NCBI GenBank assembly: GCA_963676565.1
Contig: OY781089.1
Coordinates: forward strand, 1,152,001-1,216,000
DNA length: 64,000 nucleotides
Source of the DNA: Halarcobacter sp.
GTDB taxonomy: Bacteria > Campylobacterota > Campylobacteria > Campylobacterales > Arcobacteraceae
Direction of reading: 5' to 3'
Part shown: piece after piece, positions 52,460-61,949 of the stretch
How positions within the stretch are numbered: position 1 is the stretch's first letter
Layout: every line of letters starts with the position of its first letter
The notes under the pieces: model-generated
Told to the model about the DNA's origin: nothing
The model's input: only the letters and a program-made list of their open reading frames with translations
Database searches by the model: none
Translations under genes and position numbers: made by a program

Positions 52460-52732
52460 ATGGAAGGTCAAAGCGCTGATTTAATAAGCTCATTATTACC
52501 CCTAGTTGCATTATTCGCAATTTTTTACTTTTTAATTATCAGACCACAGCAAAAACAAGCTAAAAATCATAAGCAAATGATTGCTGAACTGAAAAAAGGC
52601 GATAAGATTGTAACTAATGGTGGCTTAATGGTAGAAATTACTAAAGTTGATGAAGATAACTTAATCGTAAAAAACCATGACAACACTGAAATGAAACTTG
52701 TAAAAGAGTTCGTTGCAAAAAAACTTGACTAA
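52460..52732 (+). CDS. yajC: Preprotein translocase subunit YajC
   Basis: FYFLIIRPQQKQ, LKKGDKIVTNGG. Confidence 0.97.
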   Translation: MEGQSADLISSLLPLVALFAIFYFLIIRPQQKQAKNHKQMIAELKKGDKIVTNGGLMVEITKVDEDNLIVKNHDNTEMKLVKEFVAKKLD

Positions 52733-52734
52733 TC

Positions 52735-52766
52735 TTTAAAACATGTAATTTTTTACATGTTTTAAA
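52735..52766. repeat. Perfect 14-bp inverted repeat between yajC and secD
   Basis: TTTAAAACATGTAA-TTTT-TTACATGTTTTAAA. Confidence 0.75.
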
Positions 52767-52800
52767 ATTCTATGTTTTACTTTCACTTAAGGACTAAGAT

Positions 52801-54366
52801 TTGAAAATCTTTAATTACAGAATGATTATATTCGCACTAAGTATTATTTTTGGAGTAGTATTCTCTATCCCTTCTTTTTTACAAACTGATTCAGGTAAAA
52901 AAATATCTCTAGGACTTGATTTACAAGGTGGACTTCATATGCTTTTAGGTGTAAAAACCGAAGAGGCTGTAACATCAAAAATTAAATCAATTGCCACATC
53001 TATAAAATATTTTACTGATGATGAAGATATTTTAATTGATGGTTTATCTATTAGAGAAAAAAGTATTGTTTTTACAGTGCTTGATAAAGATGAAATACCA
53101 AGAGTTGATAAAATGCTTGCAGAAATAAAAGGGCTTAATATCACAAAAAATGATCTTGAGTATAAGGTTGAAATTACTTCAAAAGAGGTAGCAGTAACAA
53201 AAGACTTAGCAGTTGCACAAGCTGTTGAAACTATAAGAAATAGACTTGATCAATTTGGTTTAGCCGAACCTAATGTTATTAGACAAGGGGAAACTGACAT
53301 TGTTGTTCAACTTCCAGGTATTAAAACTCAAGAAGATGAAAAAGCAGCTAGAGAACTTATCTCAAAACCTGCAAATCTTGAACTTATGGCTGTTGATGAA
53401 GAAAGAGCCGACCAAGTTTATACACTAAGTAGAGCACAAGCAGCAGAGTACGGTGATATTATTTTAGAAGATACTACTGATCCAAATAGAAAGTATCTTG
53501 TAAAAGAGATTCCAATTTTAAATGGTAGCCAAGTAGTTGATGCTCAAGTTGCCTTTGACCAAGGAAATCAACCAATTATTAATTTTACACTTAATGCTGC
53601 AGGTGCAAGAATTTTTGGTGATTTTACGGGTAAAAATGTTGGTAAAAGACTTGCTGTAGTATTAGATGGAAAAGTTTATTCAGCACCAAATATTAGAGAG
53701 AGAATTGGTGGTGGATCTGGACAAATTTCTGGTGGATTTACAACAGTTGAAGCTGGAAATGTTGCAATTGCTTTAAGATCAGGTGCACTTCCTGCAGGTG
53801 TAACTCTTCTTGAAAAAAGAAGTGTTGGACCATCTCTTGGAGCTGATTCAATTAAAGCTTCAACTATCGCACTTGTTTCTGGTTTTGCTTTAGTATTTAT
53901 TTTCATGATTGCTTATTATGGATATGCTGGAGTTATCGCAAATATTGCACTTGTTACAAACATATTTATTATTGTTGCTGTAATGGCAATGTTTGGAGCA
54001 ACATTAACACTTCCTGGTATGGCAGGTATTGTATTAACTGTTGGTATGGCAGTTGATGCGAATGTTATTATTAGTGAAAGGATTAGAGAACTTCTAAGAG
54101 CAGGAGCTTCTATTCCAAAAGCTGTTGAAGATGGTTATTCAAACGCAATGAGAGCAATTCTTGATGCAAATATTACAACACTATTAGTTGCTGTTATTCT
54201 TTACGCATATGGAACAGGACCAATTAAAGGTTTTGCTGTAACAATTTCTATTGGTATTTTAGCATCGATGTTAACAGCAATTTTAGGAACTCATGGTATT
54301 TATGAGGCAATTATGCCAAAAATATCAAGGGACAAAAACTTAAGAAAATGGTTTGGGATTAAGTAA
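52801..54366 (+). CDS. secD: Protein translocase subunit SecD
   Basis: LGLDLQGG, RNRLDQFGLAEP, ALRSGALP, VGPSLG, GMAVDANVII.ERI. Confidence 0.98.
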   Translation: MKIFNYRMIIFALSIIFGVVFSIPSFLQTDSGKKISLGLDLQGGLHMLLGVKTEEAVTSKIKSIATSIKYFTDDEDILIDGLSIREKSIVFTVLDKDEIPRVDKMLAEIKGLNITKNDLEYKVEITSKEVAVTKDLAVAQAVETIRNRLDQFGLAEPNVIRQGETDIVVQLPGIKTQEDEKAARELISKPANLELMAVDEERADQVYTLSRAQAAEYGDIILEDTTDPNRKYLVKEIPILNGSQVVDAQVAFDQGNQPIINFTLNAAGARIFGDFTGKNVGKRLAVVLDGKVYSAPNIRERIGGGSGQISGGFTTVEAGNVAIALRSGALPAGVTLLEKRSVGPSLGADSIKASTIALVSGFALVFIFMIAYYGYAGVIANIALVTNIFIIVAVMAMFGATLTLPGMAGIVLTVGMAVDANVIISERIRELLRAGASIPKAVEDGYSNAMRAILDANITTLLVAVILYAYGTGPIKGFAVTISIGILASMLTAILGTHGIYEAIMPKISRDKNLRKWFGIK

Positions 54367-55334
54367 TGGAAATATTTAAAAGCGAAAAAATATATGATTT
54401 TATGGGAAAAAGAATCCCATTCCTTGGACTTTCAGGCCTATTAGTTGCAGCGTCTATTGTATTACTACTTACTAAAGGTCTAAACTTTGGTATTGACTTT
54501 GCTGGTGGTACATTAGTTCAAGTAAAATATGAACAAAAAGCACCAATTGATAAAATTAGAGAAGTATTAAATGAAACTCAATATAAGGGTTCATCTATTA
54601 CTGAATTTGGTAGTCCTGAAGAAGTAGTAATTAGAATCACAGGAACTTCAACTGATTTAGCAACTGATATTGGTGACCAAATGCACAAAGTGCTTGATTC
54701 AACTGGAAACTTTGAAGTAAGAAGAGTTGATATGGTTGGACCAAAGGTTGGTGGAGAATTAAGAGAAAAAGGTCTTATGGCCCTTGGACTTTCTTTAGTT
54801 GTGATTTTAATTTATGTTTCATTTAGATTTGAATGGAGATTTGCAGTTGCATCTATTTTAGCTTTGGCACACGATGTTACTATAGCTATGGGTGCAATAT
54901 CTTTATTTAGTGTAGAAGTTAATCTTGATATATTAGCAGCAATTCTAACTATTTTAGGGTATTCATTAAACGATACAATTATTGTATTTGATAGGGTTAG
55001 AGAAGGTATTCAAAGTTCAAAAGAAACTGAGTTAGAATCTGTTGTAAATGATTCTGTTTCTAAAACACTTTCAAGAACAACTCTTACTTCATTAACAACT
55101 TTCTTTGTTGTAATAACACTATTTATGTTTGGTGGTGAGATTATTCATGGATTTGCCTTTACTTTACTTGTAGGTATTGTAGTTGGTACTTATTCATCTA
55201 TTTTTATTGCTGCATCATTCTTAGTTCAATTGAGATTTTCGATTGATAATTTTAGAGCTAAAGAAGCTGAGAAAATTAAAAGACAAAAAGAGAAAGATAA
55301 GATGAGAGCTATGTATGAGCAAGGAACTGTATAA
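54366..55334 (+). CDS. secF: Protein translocase subunit SecF
   Basis: GIDFAGG, VGPKVG.EL, RFEWRF, GYSLNDTIIVFDRVRE, GTYSSIFIA. Confidence 0.98.
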   Translation: MEIFKSEKIYDFMGKRIPFLGLSGLLVAASIVLLLTKGLNFGIDFAGGTLVQVKYEQKAPIDKIREVLNETQYKGSSITEFGSPEEVVIRITGTSTDLATDIGDQMHKVLDSTGNFEVRRVDMVGPKVGGELREKGLMALGLSLVVILIYVSFRFEWRFAVASILALAHDVTIAMGAISLFSVEVNLDILAAILTILGYSLNDTIIVFDRVREGIQSSKETELESVVNDSVSKTLSRTTLTSLTTFFVVITLFMFGGEIIHGFAFTLLVGIVVGTYSSIFIAASFLVQLRFSIDNFRAKEAEKIKRQKEKDKMRAMYEQGTV

Positions 55335-55475
55335 ACTGTTATAAAACAGTTCCTTTTTCAATAACTTTTCGTCATCAAGAAAAATTTAGTCGGTCATTTA
55401 CTTTATGTAAACTCCCTTCTAAATTTTGCTTTCTTCCTTAATTTCTTAAAAAAACTCCAATTTTCTAACAGTTTA
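55332..55475. mobile_element. 144-bp MITE-like palindromic element (RPE/ERIC-like architecture)
   Basis: Terminal IRs TAAACTGTTATAAAA (55332-55346) and TTTTCTAACAGTTTA (55461-55475), 14/15 match, TA at both ends. Nested IR AAAATTTAG/CTAAATTTT and central TTTAC-TTTAT-GTAAA. Confidence 0.65.
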
Positions 55476-55592
55476 TCTTTACTAAAAAATTAAAAAATAT
55501 AATTCAAAAGATAAAATTCATTAAGTTCCTTAAACTTTTCTTGACATATGTTCATATATAATTATTGATATTAATTATTTATCGAGGATATC

Positions 55593-56081
55593 ATGGCTAA
55601 TAATAGCAAATTAAAAACAGTAAAACATGGTTTTGATAAGATTACTTCAGCTCATTCTACAAACTGGAAATTGGTTTTTGTATGGATTATAGTTTTTGAG
55701 ATAATCGCCTCACTTATAGAGTTTTTTAATATAGAAAGCTCCTCAAAATATACAATTAAAATAGAACACACACTAACAACAGAGATTATATTAGGTATAT
55801 CAGTTACTTTATTTATTTGGTTTTGTGTTTATAATATTATTTTTACAAATAAAGTATATATAAATAGGCTTCTCTTTATTGGAGTTATTGCCTCATATTT
55901 TATATTAACTGGTGATTTTACTTTAGGTTTTTTACTTCAAAATTTAAATCCACTTCATTTTTTTGATTTAGAATTTGGCTTAATATTTATTATTGAAATT
56001 GTTTTAAAACTAGTGATATTATATTTAATCTACCAATTTGTAAAAACTCTTAAAAACAATAATATAATTAAAGACAATTAA
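55593..56081 (+). CDS. Hypothetical integral membrane protein (about 4 TMs)
   Basis: GAGG SD; four hydrophobic segments; upstream TTGACA and TATAAT-like boxes. Confidence 0.75.
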   Translation: MANNSKLKTVKHGFDKITSAHSTNWKLVFVWIIVFEIIASLIEFFNIESSSKYTIKIEHTLTTEIILGISVTLFIWFCVYNIIFTNKVYINRLLFIGVIASYFILTGDFTLGFLLQNLNPLHFFDLEFGLIFIIEIVLKLVILYLIYQFVKTLKNNNIIKDN

Positions 56082-56149
56082 AATTTACCTCAAAAGTGAT
56101 TTTTTAGCATTTCTTAGATAAAATCTAGCCTTAAAGAAACTTTAGAAGG

Positions 56150-56500
56150 ATGATCATGGATTGGGGTAAGGTAACTTATATATTCTTTTCACTTATGTCT
56201 CTAACGACTACTGCAGGATTTTTATATGAACCAAATGCTGTTGCACTATTTTTAGCAGCTGGGGTAAATGTAATTTCAACAATTTTAAAAATTGGGGTAA
56301 AAAATCTTCTAGCAGCAGAATTACTTGCAAGTTCACTAGTTGCAGACTTACACCTTATACCTGCGTTTATGGTTTTAACTTTTATTGGTGATGAACCAAT
56401 GGCTACATCTCTTGCAATTGGTGCAGTTGTAGCAAATATTTTCTCAATTGCTTTAGCTTTAATTGAGAGTGCAAAAAGTCAAGATAAGGATGATTATTAA
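56150..56500 (+). CDS. DUF6394-family small membrane protein
   Basis: [19 protein letters not shown] and [16 protein letters not shown]; position directly before leuS. Confidence 0.75.
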   Translation: MIMDWGKVTYIFFSLMSLTTTAGFLYEPNAVALFLAAGVNVISTILKIGVKNLLAAELLASSLVADLHLIPAFMVLTFIGDEPMATSLAIGAVVANIFSIALALIESAKSQDKDDY

Positions 56501-58965
56501 TGGAGTATAATCCAAAGAATATAGAAAATAAGTGGCAAAGCTATTGGAATGAAAACAATAGTTTTGAGCCAGATGATAGTTATAAAAAAGAAAAAAAATA
56601 TATTTTAAGTATGTTCCCATACCCAAGTGGTAGGATTCATATGGGGCATGTTAGAAACTATTGTTTAGGTGATGCTTTTGCTAGATATTTTAGAAAAGCT
56701 AATTATAATGTTTTACACCCAATTGGTTGGGATAGTTTTGGTATGCCAGCAGAAAATGCAGCAATTAAACATAAACTTCATCCAAAAAAATGGACTTATG
56801 AAAACATTGATTATATGAGAGATGAGTTAAAGGCATTAGGTCTTTCTTTTTCAAGTACAAGAGAATTCGCAACTTCTGACGAACTTTATACAAAGTGGGA
56901 ACAAGAATTCATTATTAAAATGTATGAAAAAGATCTTTTATATAGAAAATCTACAACTGTAAACTGGTGTGAACCATGCCATACTGTTTTAGCAAATGAA
57001 CAAGTTGAAGAGGGTTGTTGTTGGAGATGTGACACACCTGTTGAGCAAAAAGAGATGCCAGGATATTATGTGGCAATAACAAAATATGCTCAAGAATTAC
57101 TTGATGATTTAAAATCTTTAGAGGGAGAATGGCCTTCTCAAGTTTTAACTATGCAAGAAAACTGGATTGGAAGAAGTGAAGGTTTAGAGTTTACTTTTGA
57201 TTTATCAAAAGACTCGAGATACAAATTAAATAAAAACTTTACTTCATACAATGTATTTACAACAAGACCAGATACAATATACGGTGTTTCATATTCAGCT
57301 TTAGCTCCAGAACACCCAATTGTAAAATATATAGTTGATAACAAACTTTTATCTGAAGAGAAAATAAATAAAATCAAGGCTATGCAAAAGGTAAGTGAAA
57401 GGGATAGAGCAACTATGCCTAAGCAAGGGGTTTCATTAGAGATTGATGTTATTCATCCTTTGACAGCTGAAAAAATCCCTGTATGGGTTGCTAACTTTGT
57501 ATTAGCATCATATGGTGGTGGAGCAGTTATGGCAGTTCCAGCCCATGACCAAAGAGACTTTGAGTTTGCTAGAGAATATGATTTACCAATAAAACAAGTT
57601 ATTATAGGACCTGATGGTTTAATTGAAAGAATGTCTGAAGCATATACAGGTGAGGGTGAATTAATCAACTCTGAAAGCTTTACAGGCCTAAAAAATACAA
57701 AAGCAAAAAAAGCTATTATTTATCACTTTGAACAAAACTCTAATGGGGTAAAACAAATCAATTACAAACTAAGAGACTGGGGTGTTTCTAGACAAAGATA
57801 TTGGGGAGCACCAATCCCTTTTGTTCATTGTCCAGATTGTGGTTTAGTTCCAGAAAAAATTAAGAACTTGCCAATTGCACTTCCAGAAGATGTGGAGATT
57901 ACAGGTGAAGGAAATCCTCTTGATACACATCCTACTTGGAAACATTGTAAATGTCCAAATTGTGGTAAAGATGCAATAAGAGAAACTGATACATTAGATA
58001 CTTTTGTTCAATCATCTTGGTACTTCTTAAGATATGCAACAAATCCAAAAAAATGGAATAAAGAGGGAATTAACCAAGCTGATTCTGATTATTGGATGGA
58101 TGTTGATCAATATATTGGTGGAATCGAACATGCAATTTTACACCTTTTATATGCAAGATTTTTCACAAAAGTATTAAATGATTTAGAGTATACCAATTCT
58201 AGAGAACCATTTAAAAGATTACTTACTCAAGGTATGGTTTTAAAAGATGGTGCAAAAATGTCTAAATCAAAAGGTAATGTTGTAGATCCAGACTTAATTG
58301 TAGAAAAATACGGAGCAGATACAGCAAGATTATTTATTCTTTTCGCTGCACCACCTACAAAAGAGTTAGAATGGAATGATTCTGCCGTTGATGGAGCCTT
58401 TAGATTTATTAGAAAATTTGCAGAAAGAAGTTCTCATGTAAGCAAAGATGCTGCTGAAAACTTCTCAAATATTGACCACTCAACTTTAAATAAAGAAGAG
58501 AAAGAAGCTAGAAAAAAAGTTTATGAAGCTTTAGAAAAATCAAATGATGTATTTGCAAAAACTTATGCTTTTAATACTTTAATTGCTGCTTCAATGGAAG
58601 CAATGAATGCTCTTCAAGCTCAAGATAATGAACTTGTATGGGCAGAGGGTTATTATATTTTAACAAATATTTTAGAACCAATTATTCCTCACCTTTCTTG
58701 GGAATTAGCAGATAAACTTTTTGAAAGAAAGAATTTTGATGCTAAACTTGAAGTAAAACAAGAGGTATTTACTTTAGATTCAATTACACTTGCTGTTACA
58801 ATTAATGGTAAAAAAAGATGCGAAATTGAAGTTAGTCCAAGTGCTTCAAAAGATGAAATTCTATCAATTGCTAAAGAGAGTTCTTTAAAATGGATTGAAG
58901 GTAAAGAGATAATCAAAGAGATTGTTGTTCCAAATAAATTAGTTAACCTTGTTATAAAAGGATAG
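56500..58965 (+). CDS. leuS: Leucine--tRNA ligase
   Basis: [42 protein letters not shown]. Confidence 0.99.
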   Translation: MEYNPKNIENKWQSYWNENNSFEPDDSYKKEKKYILSMFPYPSGRIHMGHVRNYCLGDAFARYFRKANYNVLHPIGWDSFGMPAENAAIKHKLHPKKWTYENIDYMRDELKALGLSFSSTREFATSDELYTKWEQEFIIKMYEKDLLYRKSTTVNWCEPCHTVLANEQVEEGCCWRCDTPVEQKEMPGYYVAITKYAQELLDDLKSLEGEWPSQVLTMQENWIGRSEGLEFTFDLSKDSRYKLNKNFTSYNVFTTRPDTIYGVSYSALAPEHPIVKYIVDNKLLSEEKINKIKAMQKVSERDRATMPKQGVSLEIDVIHPLTAEKIPVWVANFVLASYGGGAVMAVPAHDQRDFEFAREYDLPIKQVIIGPDGLIERMSEAYTGEGELINSESFTGLKNTKAKKAIIYHFEQNSNGVKQINYKLRDWGVSRQRYWGAPIPFVHCPDCGLVPEKIKNLPIALPEDVEITGEGNPLDTHPTWKHCKCPNCGKDAIRETDTLDTFVQSSWYFLRYATNPKKWNKEGINQADSDYWMDVDQYIGGIEHAILHLLYARFFTKVLNDLEYTNSREPFKRLLTQGMVLKDGAKMSKSKGNVVDPDLIVEKYGADTARLFILFAAPPTKELEWNDSAVDGAFRFIRKFAERSSHVSKDAAENFSNIDHSTLNKEEKEARKKVYEALEKSNDVFAKTYAFNTLIAASMEAMNALQAQDNELVWAEGYYILTNILEPIIPHLSWELADKLFERKNFDAKLEVKQEVFTLDSITLAVTINGKKRCEIEVSPSASKDEILSIAKESSLKWIEGKEIIKEIVVPNKLVNLVIKG

Positions 58966-58967
58966 GT

Positions 58968-59477
58968 GTGAAGTTAAGTCAATTACTAGGTTCATTTTTT
59001 TTAGTAGTATTTTTAACTGCTTGTGGGTATAAACCATCAACTACATATGTAAAAAAAGAGTTGGGTGAAAAAATCTTTGTAAATCTTATTATTGATTTAA
59101 GAGACCCAAGAAATGCAGTATTGATAAAAGATGCTATGAATGAACTTTTAGTACATAGACTTGACTCAAAACTTGTTTATGATAGACGACTTGCTGATAC
59201 TATTATGGATTTAAAACTTTCATCTGTATCTTTGCAAGTTTTACAAGATGATGATTCGGGATATAACAAACTTTATAAAGCAGTTGTAAAAATTGCAGTG
59301 GATTATAATAATGGTTCAAATAAAAAATCATTTAGCGTTTCAGGGGATTATGACTTTTCAATCGACTCAGGAACTACAATTACAGATACAAGAAGATTTG
59401 AAGCAATTAAAAGTGCTGCTAGTGAAGCTTTAGAGGATGTAATCTCAACTATTGCTGTTCAATCTTTTAAAAAGTAA
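58968..59477 (+). CDS. lptE: LPS-assembly lipoprotein LptE
   Basis: Lipobox LTAC followed by GYKP; canonical position after leuS. Confidence 0.8.
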   Translation: MKLSQLLGSFFLVVFLTACGYKPSTTYVKKELGEKIFVNLIIDLRDPRNAVLIKDAMNELLVHRLDSKLVYDRRLADTIMDLKLSSVSLQVLQDDDSGYNKLYKAVVKIAVDYNNGSNKKSFSVSGDYDFSIDSGTTITDTRRFEAIKSAASEALEDVISTIAVQSFKK

Positions 59478-59480
59478 ACA

Positions 59481-60644
59481 ATGGATTTCAAAACTGCCTC
59501 GCTAGCAGAGGTCTTAAACCATAAAACAATGTATTATGAAAAGATAGATTTTTCTATAGTGAAAAAATCTTTTCATCTAATCTCAAAGTATATCAACTTA
59601 CCATATGTAATCCACATAGTTGGAACAAATGGTAAGGGAAGTACGGGAAGATTTTTAGCTCACTATTTAAATAAAAAATCATATAAAACACTTCATTATA
59701 GTTCTCCACATATTTTAAAATTTAATGAAAGAATATGGATAAATGGTAAAGATTCAAAGGATTTTGAACTTGAGTTTGCAAATAAGAAACTACAAGAATA
59801 TTTGCCAATTAATCTTTTAGAAAAACTAACATATTTTGAATATACAACTTTGTTAGCTTTTATTTTATGTGATGGGTTTGATTATATAGTTTTAGAAGCA
59901 GGACTTGGTGGAGAGTTTGATGCTACAAATGTTGTAAAAAGTGATTTATCTTTAATCACAACAATTGATTTAGACCATCAATCATTTTTAGGTAATACCA
60001 TTGAAGAAATTGCAAAAACAAAGATGCGTTCAGTGGATAGAAAAATGATTATTGGGTATCAAATTCATGAAGAAGTTTTTGAAGTTGCAAATAGTTTAAT
60101 TAAAGAATTAAAAGATGAGTTTGATAAAAAAATACTTATACAAAGTGTTAAACAATTTGATAAATATTCATTAAATGAAAAGTTTGCAAATTATTTAAAA
60201 CTAAATCTTCATTTAGTGATTGAAACATTAAATGAATTAAAAATTGATATAGATACAAAACTTTTTGATGATGTAAAACTTTTTGGAAGATGTCAAAGAA
60301 TTAAACCAAATATCACAATTGATGTTGGACATAATCCTTTAGCCGCAAAAGTTTTAGTAAAAGAGTTTGAAAATAAAAAAGTAAATTTAATTTATAACTC
60401 ATATAAAGATAAAGATTTTGAATCAGTTCTTACTATTCTCAAACCAATAATCTCTAAAATAACTATACTAGAACTTGATGATAAAAGAATAGTTGATAAA
60501 AATAATTTATTAGAAATTTGTAAAAATTTAAATATAATAATAAATAATAATCTAGAAATAAAAAAAGATGAAGAGTATTTAGTCTTTGGGTCTTTTTTAG
60601 TTGTAGAAAAATTTATTAAATATATGGGGTTTAATGAAAAATAG
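59481..60644 (+). CDS. folC: Folylpolyglutamate/dihydrofolate synthase
   Basis: HIVGTNGKGST, SSPHI..FNERI, TYFE, LEAGLGG.FDATN, DVGHNP. Confidence 0.95.
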   Translation: MDFKTASLAEVLNHKTMYYEKIDFSIVKKSFHLISKYINLPYVIHIVGTNGKGSTGRFLAHYLNKKSYKTLHYSSPHILKFNERIWINGKDSKDFELEFANKKLQEYLPINLLEKLTYFEYTTLLAFILCDGFDYIVLEAGLGGEFDATNVVKSDLSLITTIDLDHQSFLGNTIEEIAKTKMRSVDRKMIIGYQIHEEVFEVANSLIKELKDEFDKKILIQSVKQFDKYSLNEKFANYLKLNLHLVIETLNELKIDIDTKLFDDVKLFGRCQRIKPNITIDVGHNPLAAKVLVKEFENKKVNLIYNSYKDKDFESVLTILKPIISKITILELDDKRIVDKNNLLEICKNLNIIINNNLEIKKDEEYLVFGSFLVVEKFIKYMGFNEK

Positions 60645-61563
60645 ATTAATAATTACGATTTCAGATGTAAAAGGAACAAGAGCATTTAATATTCATCAAA
60701 TTGCAAAAAAACTTATTGTTGTTATTTTTCTTGTTATTGCTTTAATTATAGCAGGAGCATTTTGGTTTATTAAAGAATTAAATGAGCAAATGGATGATTT
60801 AAAAACTCAAAAAGAAAGAGAAATTGAGTTAAAAGAGATTGAGATTGATACACTTAATGAAAAAGAGAAAAAGCTCCAAGCCCAAAACCAATTTTATTCT
60901 ATGCAAATAAAAGGTAAAGTTGAAGATATTGAGGCTTTAAGTTCAAAGCTTGACCATATTGAAGAGATGATTGGTCTTAAAAATGAAGAAGATAAAAAAG
61001 AAGAGATATCAAAAGAAACATTAAATGCAATAAACCAAAAATTAAAACTATTTATGTTGACAACAATTCCAAGTGGGGCACCTTTAAAAGAATCAACTAT
61101 AACATCAAGATATGGATATAGAGTCCACCCAATTACAAAGAAAAAGACTTTTCATAAAGGGATTGATTTAAGGGCAAAAAGAAAAACCCCAGTTTATTCA
61201 ACTGCTGATGGCGTTGTAAGTTTTGTTCAGCCACAAGATAGAGGTGGGTTTGGTAGAGTTATAAAAATTCAACATAACTTTGGATTTCAAACGGTTTATG
61301 CTCATTTAAACAAGACAAATGTTAAAGTTGGTGATATAATAAGAAAAAATCAAGAGATTGGCTTAAGTGGTAATAGTGGAAGTAGTACAGCTCCACATCT
61401 ACATTATGAAATAAGATTTGGTTCAATGGTATTGAATCCAAGAGAATTTATAAGATGGGACTTTAAAACATATGAAACAATTTTCAAAAAAGAGAGGAGA
61501 ATTCAGTGGGAATCTTTGGTAAGGCTAATAAACGAACAGTACAGAATGGTGCAACAGTTATAG
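60634..61563 (+). CDS. M23 peptidoglycan endopeptidase (Csd1-like)
   Basis: N-terminal TM and coiled coil; HKGID, YAHL, SGNSGSSTAPHLHYE zinc motifs. Confidence 0.9.
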   Translation: MKNRLIITISDVKGTRAFNIHQIAKKLIVVIFLVIALIIAGAFWFIKELNEQMDDLKTQKEREIELKEIEIDTLNEKEKKLQAQNQFYSMQIKGKVEDIEALSSKLDHIEEMIGLKNEEDKKEEISKETLNAINQKLKLFMLTTIPSGAPLKESTITSRYGYRVHPITKKKTFHKGIDLRAKRKTPVYSTADGVVSFVQPQDRGGFGRVIKIQHNFGFQTVYAHLNKTNVKVGDIIRKNQEIGLSGNSGSSTAPHLHYEIRFGSMVLNPREFIRWDFKTYETIFKKERRIQWESLVRLINEQYRMVQQL

Positions 61564-61949
61564 CACAAGGGACATGTATCATTGGTGGGATTACCACTGA
61601 AGGAAGTGTTCATATTGATGGAAAATTTGAGGGTGTAATCCTTGAAGCTGATTTAATTTCAATTGGTAAAACAGGGGAAGTTATTGGTGATATAAAAGCT
61701 AATAACTTAATTGTAAGTGGACTTCTTGATGGAAAAATTGATTGTAATGAAGTACAAATTTTACCTGAGGGTAAGGTAATTGGAAACATGAAATATAATG
61801 AACTGATAATAGAAGAAAATGGAAAATTTGAAGGACAAGGTGTTAGAAAAGGTTCTAAACTTGAAAGTAGATATGATGAAGTTGAAAATAAAATCAATAA
61901 TATCATACTAAGTCCAGCTCATCAAATTAAGCATGATAAAAATTCATGA
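61506..61949 (+). CDS. Bactofilin (CcmA-like polymer-forming cytoskeletal protein)
   Basis: MGIFGK membrane-targeting start; TVIAQGT.I.G, VHIDG.FEG, IG.TG.V.GDI beta-helix repeats; GTG start with GAGGAG SD. Confidence 0.9.
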   Translation: MGIFGKANKRTVQNGATVIAQGTCIIGGITTEGSVHIDGKFEGVILEADLISIGKTGEVIGDIKANNLIVSGLLDGKIDCNEVQILPEGKVIGNMKYNELIIEENGKFEGQGVRKGSKLESRYDEVENKINNIILSPAHQIKHDKNS

